64,000 nucleotides of DNA from an archaeon (lineage in GTDB: Archaea; Iainarchaeota; Iainarchaeia; Iainarchaeales; JAAZKV01), in assembly GCA_041650735.1 (NCBI GenBank), contig JBAZKP010000001.1, forward strand, positions 163,076-227,075. Direction: 5' to 3'. Positions 1-8,803 of this stretch are shown here, piece by piece. The translations under genes were made by a program, and so were the position numbers. The first letter of the stretch is position 1, and every line of letters begins with the position of its first letter. Below the pieces are notes generated by a model. The model worked only from the letters and a program-made list of their open reading frames with translations, searched no databases and had not been told where the DNA came from.

Positions 1-1
1 A

Positions 2-376
2 AAAGAACTCTTACTAAAAAAACCTTACTTGAAAGAATTTAAAGTGGAAGAAATGAAAACAGGAATAGGGCTGACAAATTTTTACAAGTTAAGCGAAAAC
101 TTTGAAGGAACAAAACCAATAGAATTTTCTAACAAAGCATTCCGAGAAATATCAAAATTATTTGAAGAAGATTTGCTCTTCGGATTAGCAAGTAAAAAAG
201 CCCAACAAAGATTTTCTGAAAACTCAGGAAAAGAAATCTTTTCTCAAGACATCCTGCCCTTTGAAGAATGCTTGTCCTCAAAAAAATGCTGTTTCACAGG
301 AAAAGCCGCAACAATAAAAGAACTCAACGAACTAATAGACAAAAAAGTAAAACAAATAGAATACGTTGGGTTATAA
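2..376 (+). CDS. Hypothetical protein, C-terminal part (frame open to window edge)
   Basis: ORF track 29..376. The same frame has no stop back to nt 2, so the gene probably begins upstream of the window. No family recognised. Confidence 0.4.
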   Translation, partial: KELLLKKPYLKEFKVEEMKTGIGLTNFYKLSENFEGTKPIEFSNKAFREISKLFEEDLLFGLASKKAQQRFSENSGKEIFSQDILPFEECLSSKKCCFTGKAATIKELNELIDKKVKQIEYVGL

Positions 377-387
377 AATGCTGGAGT

Positions 388-1305
388 CTAGTCTGACAAC
401 ATTGAAATCGAAAGGAAAAAAAGCATAAAAAGATTTATAAAAAAAGCCAGAACAGCAAAAATCTTCAGCCAAAAAAGCTTCTTTTCAATAGGCATATTTT
501 TTGATTTAAAAACAAAAAACGCTAACAATAACACTGTTAAAGAAGAAAAAAAGGCCAAATCAAATATAATAACCCAACTGGAAAAATATCCCCAGTCAAA
601 AAACCCACGCAATGCCCCAAGGAAAAAGAACAACAAGCCATAAAGAACTATTTGCGCCATGTAAAAAGTCGGAAGAGAATAGACACATGTAAGACAAAGC
701 AAACTACCTGGTTTCTTCCTATAAACAAAAACCAAAGCAAGCAAAAGCAAAGGAATTCCCATAATGATTATTATTGAAATCAAAGATGAAATAAAATCAT
801 TATTAGAATCACTAACATAACTACTAGTACCCCTTGGAAGCGCTAAAACAATTGCACAACAAGGTTGAGCATCCCCACAATAATCAGCACCAGACACCCC
901 AATATCATATTTGTTCTGATCAAGAGATTTCAATTTCTCATCAACCAGCTCACCTGTTTGCTTGCAAATAACTTTTGCACTCATTTTTTTCTGGATTGAG
1001 CCAATATACCTAACATAACTACCATTCCCTACCTCTATCCTATTATCATCCCAATACTCCCCTTTCACAAAAAAAATCGAATTAGCATAAAGGTCAACTT
1101 TTGTCACCAAATCCTCAACATCAATCATTTCATCAGCGCGCAAAACAAAATCTAGTGTAGTTGCTTCTCCTGAAGGGTAAGATATTTTTATTGCAGAAGA
1201 AATCAAGTCTCTGTTATCAATGTAACTCGACACCTGAGACGCAAAGCAAAAAGAGCATAAAACCAAAAGAATTAAGAAAAATAAAAAGAACCTATTTTTT
1301 GGCAT
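388..1305 (-). CDS. Hypothetical membrane protein with signal peptide, extracytoplasmic domain and C-terminal multi-TM region
   Basis: N-terminus MPKNRFFLFFLILLVLCSFCFA looks like a signal peptide. The C-terminal ~130 aa form several hydrophobic helices. Contains a Cys pair CGDAQPCC. Confidence 0.55.
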   Translation of the reverse strand: MPKNRFFLFFLILLVLCSFCFASQVSSYIDNRDLISSAIKISYPSGEATTLDFVLRADEMIDVEDLVTKVDLYANSIFFVKGEYWDDNRIEVGNGSYVRYIGSIQKKMSAKVICKQTGELVDEKLKSLDQNKYDIGVSGADYCGDAQPCCAIVLALPRGTSSYVSDSNNDFISSLISIIIIMGIPLLLLALVFVYRKKPGSLLCLTCVYSLPTFYMAQIVLYGLLFFFLGALRGFFDWGYFSSWVIIFDLAFFSSLTVLLLAFFVFKSKNMPIEKKLFWLKIFAVLAFFINLFMLFFLSISMLSD

Positions 1306-1348
1306 GAATAAGATTAAGCGTAAGTGATATTAAAGCCTTTTGAAGGAA

Positions 1349-2155
1349 TCAGAGCTTTGTTCCGTGCCTTGGCTGTTCTCTTAGTCTTGTCCCATAATAA
1401 GGCTTTGGCTTTTCTTTGCGCGGAGCTCTTGCATGAGTAACTTCACTGCTTTTTAGTAAATCAACTCTGAGCAAATAAGCATAGGACTTTGCCTGCTCAA
1501 TAAAAGGAACCAGAAAAACAAGGATTAACAAAAAAGAAGCAATTACTCCTGGCAAACCAGCTAAATCAAGTGCTAACTCAATAAGAATTATCACAAATAA
1601 AAGAATCGATGCTAAAACAAAAATTGCTAACGCAACAAGCGGACTTTCAAACCAAAACTCAATACTCCTCTGAATTCCCTCACCAATTGATGAACCATTA
1701 AGAACAATGCTTTGCGGAGCAAACATTATTACAAGAGATAAAATTAAGTTAATTGCCAATGCAACAAGAACAAGGCCAAAAATCAAGCCAAGTGAACTAA
1801 TAGCATAAAATATTATTGCAAAAACAAGGTAAAGGAAAAAAATCTTTAACGCAGCATCCTTAAACAATGCATTCCAGTAAGTATCAAAATTTATTGTCTG
1901 AACATCCCTGTGAACAGAATAAACAGTTAGTGAAACAAAGAAAGAAAAAATGTATAAGAAAACAAGAGCAATAATCAATCCTATTACACCCAAAAGGCTT
2001 GTATTAAGAGACAAAAAAACCGTGCCAGAACCTAAAAAGAATTGTTGGAATAAAAGAAATAAAGGCAAGAACAAGAATAATACCCCAAAACTAAGCATTA
2101 CCTTGAAATTAGAAACATACTCCTCAATAGCGCGTTTCAAAACAACATCAAGCAT
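1349..2155 (-). CDS. Hypothetical polytopic membrane protein
   Basis: 268-aa ORF dominated by hydrophobic helices, with a basic C-terminal tail. No family recognised. Confidence 0.5.
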   Translation of the reverse strand: MLDVVLKRAIEEYVSNFKVMLSFGVLFLFLPLFLLFQQFFLGSGTVFLSLNTSLLGVIGLIIALVFLYIFSFFVSLTVYSVHRDVQTINFDTYWNALFKDAALKIFFLYLVFAIIFYAISSLGLIFGLVLVALAINLILSLVIMFAPQSIVLNGSSIGEGIQRSIEFWFESPLVALAIFVLASILLFVIILIELALDLAGLPGVIASFLLILVFLVPFIEQAKSYAYLLRVDLLKSSEVTHARAPRKEKPKPYYGTRLREQPRHGTKL

Positions 2156-2265
2156 TTAACCCACCAAATACTACTTTATGCTGGTTAAAAAAGTTTAAAA
2201 AAACACGTAATAAGCAAAAAACAGGGGAAAAACGCAAAAACAATGAAAAAAATAAAAAAAATCCA

Positions 2266-3528
2266 TCACTCAACTAAACAAAGAAATTCCCCTTCAAAAA
2301 AATGAGCTCTTGCTAAAACCAACTTCGCTTTAACCAAATACCCAAAACCTTTTTTTAAGAAAACCGGTTTGTATTCATTTGTTCTCCCATTAAAACCATT
2401 AGTTGCTTTCTCAGAAACAAGGCAAAGAACTTCCCTGCCAACAAGTTCCTTATTTTTTTCCAAAGCAATTTTATCAAAAAATTCTGCTAAATGCCTACTC
2501 CTTTCCTTTTTTTCCAACTCATTCAACTGATTAGGCATTTTCTCCGCAAGAGTTCCTTTTCTTTTCCCAAAACGCGAAACATTAACTACATCAAACCTGA
2601 TTTTTTTAACCAAATCAAGGCTTTTTTTGAAATCCTGTTCTGATTCCCCTGGAAAACCAACAATAATATCAGTGGAAATGCTTATTTGAGGAACAATTTT
2701 TCTTGCATACTCTATGCAAGAAACAAAATCCTTTACAGAATATTTCCTGTTCATAGCCTTAAGCACTTTATCGCTCCCACTCTGCACAGGCAAATGTAAA
2801 AACTGGTACAATCTTTCATCAGAAAATAATTGCATTAATTCTTTTCTTATTTTCAAAAAATGATTAGGATTCATCATGCCTAAACGAATACGAAAATTTC
2901 CCTTATTCTTCAATAATTCCTTTAAGAGTTCAGGAAGAGAAGAATTAATGTCAAAGCCATAACAACCAAGGTCCTGCGAAGTAATCCAAATTTCTTTTGA
3001 GCCTGACTCAAGGGCTTTTTTGAAAGCAAATTTAATGCTTTCAACTGAATAAGAATGCAGATTCTTTCTGGCAAGCCTTGAGGAACAATAAGCACAATTA
3101 CCCAAGCATCCTGTTGAAATAGAAATAATTGAAATCAATTCATGCGATTTAACAGGAATTATTTCAGGCGAAAACTCTTTCTCTTTAACCCCAAGAACCC
3201 TGCACAATAAAGCGAGAGATGTACCCAAAACAATTATTTCTTTAGATATTTTTTGAATAGTTTCATTCTGCGCAGAAGCAAGACACCCCATAACAATAAG
3301 CTTTGATAAAGATTTTTTGTGCTCCAGCAAAAAACAAATCCTTGAAAGCATTCTCTGCTCAGTAACCTGTTTCACTGAACAAGTATTAATTATAACAAAA
3401 TCCGCTTTCTTAAAATCCTTTATTTGCTCAAAATTATTTTCCTTAAGAAAACCCGCTACCTGTTCCGTTTCAGAAAGATTTAATGAACAGCCGTAGCCTT
3501 CAACAAAAAAACTTTTCATTACAATCAC
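2266..3528 (-). CDS. tRNA methylthiotransferase, MiaB/MtaB (CDKAL1-like) radical-SAM family
   Basis: N-terminal UPF0004-type block (FFVEGYGCSLN, INTCSVKQ). Radical-SAM cluster GCLGNCAYCS. C-terminal TRAM-like region. Size is typical at 420 aa. Confidence 0.8.
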   Translation of the reverse strand: MIVMKSFFVEGYGCSLNLSETEQVAGFLKENNFEQIKDFKKADFVIINTCSVKQVTEQRMLSRICFLLEHKKSLSKLIVMGCLASAQNETIQKISKEIIVLGTSLALLCRVLGVKEKEFSPEIIPVKSHELISIISISTGCLGNCAYCSSRLARKNLHSYSVESIKFAFKKALESGSKEIWITSQDLGCYGFDINSSLPELLKELLKNKGNFRIRLGMMNPNHFLKIRKELMQLFSDERLYQFLHLPVQSGSDKVLKAMNRKYSVKDFVSCIEYARKIVPQISISTDIIVGFPGESEQDFKKSLDLVKKIRFDVVNVSRFGKRKGTLAEKMPNQLNELEKKERSRHLAEFFDKIALEKNKELVGREVLCLVSEKATNGFNGRTNEYKPVFLKKGFGYLVKAKLVLARAHFFEGEFLCLVE

Positions 3529-3555
3529 TCAAATAAAGAGACAGGAAAAAGAAAC

Positions 3556-4209
3556 TTATTCGCTTTCTCTATATTTTTTATAAAGTTCTCTTCCGAACAA
3601 AGGAAGCCAACCAGCTATCGCACCTAAAACAAAAAGCAAAAACATGCTTTTCCTTAATTCAGGCCAGTAGTTAACAGGAATCATTTGCTGAACAGTCTGA
3701 GCCTGATTTGCCTGTGCCTGATTAATAAACTCCTGATTAATCTTTGAAACAGTCTGATTACATGACTGTGAATCAGTTTCAGAAATACAAAAATACAATG
3801 AATACTTCGCCCCATTCCTTGAATTCAGGACAGCTATTTCCCCAACATAAAAAGACAAATTAATGTAATACCCTACAAACAGAACTATTAAAATCAAAAC
3901 AAAAAACCATATTCCTGCAGCCTCTTTTGTCTCAAAAAAAGAATTCCACCACTGAATTAAAACAAAAGCCAGAATAAAACCAGCAATAGGAGCAAGGAAA
4001 TACATTACTGAATTCCAGACATCATAAGGCAAAAGCAACCCAATAACAGGAATATTCCTCAAGCCCTGCAAAGCAGAAGGCGCCAAGCAACTAGTACCCT
4101 TAACAGGGTTCAAACAAGCGCCCCCAATGAACCACATTATTAAATAAGAAAAAACAAGCCAAGCCACAACAAGAAGCAGGAATTGTTTTCCATTAAATTT
4201 ATGCGACAA
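3556..4209 (-). CDS. Hypothetical membrane protein
   Basis: 217-aa ORF with about five hydrophobic helices and a Q/N-rich loop. No family recognised. Confidence 0.45.
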   Translation of the reverse strand: MSHKFNGKQFLLLVVAWLVFSYLIMWFIGGACLNPVKGTSCLAPSALQGLRNIPVIGLLLPYDVWNSVMYFLAPIAGFILAFVLIQWWNSFFETKEAAGIWFFVLILIVLFVGYYINLSFYVGEIAVLNSRNGAKYSLYFCISETDSQSCNQTVSKINQEFINQAQANQAQTVQQMIPVNYWPELRKSMFLLFVLGAIAGWLPLFGRELYKKYRESE

Positions 4210-4264
4210 AAAAACACCTTCAACTTAAATATAATCACTAACCAATGATGAGTTTTTAACCTTT

Positions 4265-5260
4265 ATGACGCCCTCTTATTTTAGAAGTGCTTTTATGACA
4301 GAAATGGAACTCCCTTGGGTAGAAAAATACAGACCGCATGGACTGAAAGAAGTTGTTGGTCATGATGAAATAACCCATCGATTAAAAAGTTACGTGGAAA
4401 AAAGAAATATGCCGAACATGCTTTTCGCCGGACCCGCAGGAACAGGAAAAACAAGCTCAAGCATTGCACTTGCACGCGAATTATTCGGTGCAAACTTTGA
4501 ACAAAATTTTCTTGAACTAAACGCATCCGATGACCGAGGAATAGATGTTGTCAGAAATACAATAAAAGATTTCGCACGAACACTAGCATTTGACTCAGGA
4601 TTCAAAATAATTTTTCTTGACGAATGCGATGCCCTGACAACAGATGCCCAGCAAGCGCTAAGAAGAACAATGGAAAAATACACAAAAACATGCCGATTTA
4701 TTTTATCATGCAACTATTCTTCAAAAATACTTGAACCAATCCAAAGCAGATGCGTTGTATACAGATTCAAACCCTTGGGCGCAAAAGATATTGATAAACA
4801 AATTAACCACATAGCAGAAAAAGAAAAACTCCAAGTAGATGAAAAAGCAAAAATTGCCATAAATTATGTTTCACAAGGAGATTTAAGAAAAGCAACAAAT
4901 GTTTTACAAGCAGCTGCCTCCCTTGACAAAAAAATTACTGAAGAAATTGTTTACAACGTATCAAGCAGGGCAAGGCCTGAACAAGTACAAGAAATGATTA
5001 TTCTAGCATTAAAAGGAAAATTCCTTGAAGCAAGAAAAAAACTTGAAGAACTAATGTACGAACAAGGAATGAGCGGAGAAGATATTGTAATGCAGGTATA
5101 CAGGGAAACAATGAACCTTGATGAAAAAGAAATATCTGAAAAACAAAAAATTGAATTAGTTGATACTATAGGAGAATACGATTTTAGAATAGTTGAAGGG
5201 GCAAACGAAAGAATACAATTAGAAGCTTTGTTAGCACAGTTTATGAAATACAAAAAGTGA
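4265..5260 (+). CDS. rfcS: Replication factor C small subunit
   Basis: PWVEKYRP box, Walker [10 protein letters not shown], Walker B FLDECD, sensor SRC. The true start may be the ATG at 4295 (MTEMELPW). Confidence 0.9.
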   Translation: MTPSYFRSAFMTEMELPWVEKYRPHGLKEVVGHDEITHRLKSYVEKRNMPNMLFAGPAGTGKTSSSIALARELFGANFEQNFLELNASDDRGIDVVRNTIKDFARTLAFDSGFKIIFLDECDALTTDAQQALRRTMEKYTKTCRFILSCNYSSKILEPIQSRCVVYRFKPLGAKDIDKQINHIAEKEKLQVDEKAKIAINYVSQGDLRKATNVLQAAASLDKKITEEIVYNVSSRARPEQVQEMIILALKGKFLEARKKLEELMYEQGMSGEDIVMQVYRETMNLDEKEISEKQKIELVDTIGEYDFRIVEGANERIQLEALLAQFMKYKK

Positions 5261-5264
5261 GAAC

Positions 5265-5678
5265 ATGGGAAAACTTTTTTCCGTAAGAGTAAGGAAACGA
5301 ATTCCAGTAAATCTTTCTGCAAAGAATTCACATATAAGAAAACTAATCCGCACCTCAGAAAGGCAAACAGGATGGAAAGCTTTACACTCAAGACCTGTAA
5401 TGAGCGAAAAAGAACAAGCCATTTACCAAGATACAAAAATTACAAGAAAACTAATAAGAATATGCACGGGAAAAGCCCTTGATAATGAAGTAATTTATGA
5501 TAAACAAAAAAGAGCAAATATTCAAAGAGCAATGCAAACCTATGTCAATGCAAAAAATATTGAAAAGCAAAACACAGCGCTAAAAACAATACTTAAAGAA
5601 TTGGGCAGTGAGGCAATGTACAGGGATTTCTTAAAAAAAGTTCACATTGCACAAATTGAAAATCTAAGAAAAATGTGA
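5265..5678 (+). CDS. Hypothetical basic protein
   Basis: 137-aa ORF placed tightly between rfcS and the HAD gene, with a 4-nt overlap downstream. No family recognised and the start is uncertain. Confidence 0.35.
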   Translation: MGKLFSVRVRKRIPVNLSAKNSHIRKLIRTSERQTGWKALHSRPVMSEKEQAIYQDTKITRKLIRICTGKALDNEVIYDKQKRANIQRAMQTYVNAKNIEKQNTALKTILKELGSEAMYRDFLKKVHIAQIENLRKM

Positions 5679-6283
5679 TTCATATGAAAATCATCTGCCT
5701 TGACTTGGAAGGAGTGCTAATCCCTGAATTCTGGGAAGAATTCTCAAAAGCAACAAAAATTCCCGAACTAATGCGAACAACACGTGATGAACCTGATTAT
5801 GATAAATTAATGAAAATGAGGATGCGTGTCCTTAAAGAAAATAAATTAGGGTTAAAAGAAATTAACAAAATTGTTTCAAAAATGAAGCCGTTTAAAGAAG
5901 CGCCAGAATTTGTTTCATGGCTCCGCGAAAGAGCACAACCAGTAATACTAACAGGCTCATATTATGATTACATCATGCCCCTAATTGCAAAACTCAATTA
6001 CCCATTCATAATAGCAAATACTTTAGAGATTTCTCCAAGAGGAGAAGTAATAGGATACAAATTAAGGGAAAAAGACGGGAAAATAGAAATGGTTCGAAGA
6101 TTTCAAGAAGCAGGATACGAAGTAATAGCAATAGGTGATTCATTCAATGATTTAGGAATGCTGAAAGGCGCGAACAAAGGAATTTTGTTTAAAGCGACTC
6201 CAAAACTAATCATAGAAGAAAAAGAATTTCCCCACGCAGAAACATTTGAGGAATTAAAAAAAATACTTGAAAAACTTTTATAA
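5675..6283 (+). CDS. HAD-superfamily phosphatase, ThrH-like (phosphoserine phosphatase / homoserine phosphotransferase type)
   Basis: N-terminus KIICLDLEGVLIPEFWEEF matches the ThrH-type motif I as I recall it. C-terminal GDSFNDLGML is HAD motif IV. The likely real start is the ATG at 5684. Confidence 0.65.
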   Translation: MIHMKIICLDLEGVLIPEFWEEFSKATKIPELMRTTRDEPDYDKLMKMRMRVLKENKLGLKEINKIVSKMKPFKEAPEFVSWLRERAQPVILTGSYYDYIMPLIAKLNYPFIIANTLEISPRGEVIGYKLREKDGKIEMVRRFQEAGYEVIAIGDSFNDLGMLKGANKGILFKATPKLIIEEKEFPHAETFEELKKILEKLL

Positions 6284-6365
6284 GAAATAATTTCTAAGGA
6301 TAAATAAAAATTAATTTCTAACAACATGCAGGAAATTAATTTTTTCAATAATAAGTAATACTTTT

Positions 6366-7637
6366 TCAAAACCACTGATTAATTCTTGTCTGTGATTTAA
6401 AATAAGTTATTAAAGCAGATTTCTTTTTGTACTGCTCAATAGGCACAGTTAGTTTTTTTGATAAAAAATCAAGCGCAAGATCAAAGTTGGAAAATTCTAA
6501 TGGTTTTTCTTTTAACGCAGCACGCACATTCTCTCTAATCTGCCACACCCCAAGAGGAACCGCATAATCTTTCCCAATTTCCCTAAAAACAATCGCAGCA
6601 GCATTAAGTTTTTTCCCATCCAAGTACTCAACAATAGCCAAACGGGAAGCAAAATATGCTCCCTCAGTTTCCTCAGGATAACCCTTTAACCCTGCATTTA
6701 ATTCATAATCCGCCCCAATAGTATACTTTGTTGCGCCCTGTGTCCAAATTCCTCCTGGAAGCCAGCACTCTATTTGTTCAAAACTCCAAGGATAAGGCAT
6801 CAACAAAACCCAAAAATCATTATCAAGGTATTTAGAGTGAAATAACTTAAAACAATCAATAACCTTGTTTTGCGGAAGCCTCTCTTCAATAAAAAATTTT
6901 GAAATATTTGAGTCAACAGCAGTAATACTCCATCTTGTTGGAACAAGTTTCCTGTTCTTTTTTACTCCAAGAGCTCCTGAAGAAAGGACTTTTGCTAAAG
7001 TAGAAACAGGAAAACCTTTTTTGAACAAATCAATTAACGCAGTATTTGATTTAACCGCAGTATCAGAAACATAATAATCAATTTCTTTAGGAATTTTAGG
7101 ATTCTCAATCATCTGTAATTTATCAAGCTTTGCTGAAGGACCTAATGGGGCGGAGAAAGAATCAAAAGAAGTTTCGCTTCTAGGTTTCTCTGCAAGCTTA
7201 ACCTCAAGTTCAAACAAATTAGAAGCCATAGCAACTTCTTGAAACTCCATTAACTCATAATTAGGATTAGAGGCAAGCGAAACAGGAATTGTTTTATAAC
7301 TCCTCAGTAAAGATTCGCGAAAAGAAATTATTTGCTCCTGAGGCAACCCATACCATTTCTCAGGCAAATCACTCATCTCACTAACCTCATTAGGAAGAGC
7401 TGAAAGCGGAGCAACCGCAACTTTCGGATAATTCTGCCAAGAAACAAAAAAACCAGGAGGAGAAGCACCAACAAAATCCGTTCCAACCATAGAAGAAACA
7501 ATTTTTGTGCTACTAAACTGCTTCTCAAGAATAGGGCACTTAGACAAGCCACACAAAAGCTTACCCTTACACTTAATACACAATTCAGGAGAAATCACAA
7601 AACCAACTTCAAAAACAAAAGTATTAATGTTCTTCAA
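6366..7637 (-). CDS. Nre-like archaeal DNA-repair-associated protein (DUF650/DUF651-type), tentative
   Basis: N-terminal Cys cluster CIKCKGKLLCGLSKCP and a ~420-aa size fit my recollection of archaeal Nre proteins. Not verifiable here. Confidence 0.45.
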   Translation of the reverse strand: MKNINTFVFEVGFVISPELCIKCKGKLLCGLSKCPILEKQFSSTKIVSSMVGTDFVGASPPGFFVSWQNYPKVAVAPLSALPNEVSEMSDLPEKWYGLPQEQIISFRESLLRSYKTIPVSLASNPNYELMEFQEVAMASNLFELEVKLAEKPRSETSFDSFSAPLGPSAKLDKLQMIENPKIPKEIDYYVSDTAVKSNTALIDLFKKGFPVSTLAKVLSSGALGVKKNRKLVPTRWSITAVDSNISKFFIEERLPQNKVIDCFKLFHSKYLDNDFWVLLMPYPWSFEQIECWLPGGIWTQGATKYTIGADYELNAGLKGYPEETEGAYFASRLAIVEYLDGKKLNAAAIVFREIGKDYAVPLGVWQIRENVRAALKEKPLEFSNFDLALDFLSKKLTVPIEQYKKKSALITYFKSQTRINQWF

Positions 7638-7729
7638 ATTAATAAGTCTAATGTGTTTTAACCATAAAAGTCAGGGCAAAGAATACCTTTTTATTTCAGT
7701 GAGTCATTTAATTGTTGAAGTGAATGTAA

Positions 7730-8098
7730 ATGAGTTTTGGCGATTTTGCTAGAGAAGCTAAGAAAAACACTCCTCAAAGAATACCATCAGGAAAACCTGA
7801 GAACCTTGTTGAAGCAGCAGAAAGCCAACCAGCACAAAAAAAAGATATTTCTTACAAAGACTCTGAAATCAAGGGATTCGTGCCACAACAAAGAACCAGC
7901 ATGTCAAGAAAAAATATTGATTCAAGATGCGGAAGCATAATAAGAAACATTGCTTCAGAATCAAACATACGCTCCCAAACAGGGGGAGAAGCAACATGGG
8001 AAGAATGCAGGCACAGAAAAAACAGTAATGGCAGAGATTTCTGCTCAGAATACCATTCATTATGCGCAAAAGAAAATTGCCGAAAAGCGCGAAAATAA
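7730..8098 (+). CDS. Hypothetical protein with C-terminal four-Cys motif (paralog A)
   Basis: 122 aa with a charged, probably disordered N-terminal part. C-terminus reads WEECRHRKNSNGRDFCSEYHSLCAKENC, shared with the next gene. Confidence 0.55.
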   Translation: MSFGDFAREAKKNTPQRIPSGKPENLVEAAESQPAQKKDISYKDSEIKGFVPQQRTSMSRKNIDSRCGSIIRNIASESNIRSQTGGEATWEECRHRKNSNGRDFCSEYHSLCAKENCRKARK

Positions 8099-8125
8099 TT
8101 TTCTAAAATCGAGGGTGATTAAAAA

Positions 8126-8590
8126 ATGGCTTTTCAAACACTTGTAGAGGATTCAAGAAGAATGAACGCAAAAATGATTGCAATGGGGCAAAGCATTGAT
8201 ATCCAAAAAATGCCTCGACCAAAAGCAGGAACGGTTTCAGCCAGAAAAGCTACTTATACTCCTGAAGGGAGTGATGTTGAAAAAATGCTTTACCCAAAAA
8301 ACTTTAAAGCAAGAACATACGAAGAAGAACCGCAGAAAAAACTTGAAACAGTAAACCCGGAAATGGTAAAAGAAATACAAGAACAGGTGCAAGAACCTGC
8401 AAAAATAATTGGTGATGATGAAGTAATAGTTAATCCAAAACAACAAGAAAATGAAGAGACCCTAGAAAAACCTTGTTTAGGGCCAGTATGGCAAAGATGC
8501 AGGCACTACAAAGCACAAGGCGAAAGAGCCTTTTGCAGAGAATACTTAGGCTGGTGCGCAAAAGAAAAGTGTTCTAGACCAAAACTGTGA
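8126..8590 (+). CDS. Hypothetical protein with C-terminal four-Cys motif (paralog B)
   Basis: 154 aa. C-terminus VWQRCRHYKAQGERAFCREYLGWCAKEKC aligns residue-for-residue with paralog A. The N-termini are also similar (MSFGDFAREAKK vs MAFQTLVEDSRR). Confidence 0.55.
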   Translation: MAFQTLVEDSRRMNAKMIAMGQSIDIQKMPRPKAGTVSARKATYTPEGSDVEKMLYPKNFKARTYEEEPQKKLETVNPEMVKEIQEQVQEPAKIIGDDEVIVNPKQQENEETLEKPCLGPVWQRCRHYKAQGERAFCREYLGWCAKEKCSRPKL

Positions 8591-8803
8591 AGCCACTACG
8601 CACTATCAAAGATAGTGCATGAGTCAATCGTCTGGTCATGGCGAAACAGGACCGCAAAAGAAAAATGCTCAAGGCCCTCCCCATAAAACAAACCTTATCC
8701 TATTCAGGAAAGTACAGCAAACTTAAGCAAGTATATAAAAATAAACGACAATCGTCCAACCTAATTAGTTGCTTTAAAAACATTTAGCATAAAAAAATCC
8801 ATT

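Noticed and set aside
4951-5436. 161-aa minus-strand ORF spanning the rfcS 3' end and the next gene
   Set aside because: It is antisense to RFC, whose motifs are unambiguous. The sequence is low-complexity Leu/Ser/Phe-rich.
7737-8147. Alternative-frame ORFs 7737..7940 and 7950..8147 overlapping the Cys-motif genes
   Set aside because: The frames 7730..8098 and 8126..8590 are supported by the mutually conserved N-termini and C-terminal Cys motif. The alternative frames share nothing.
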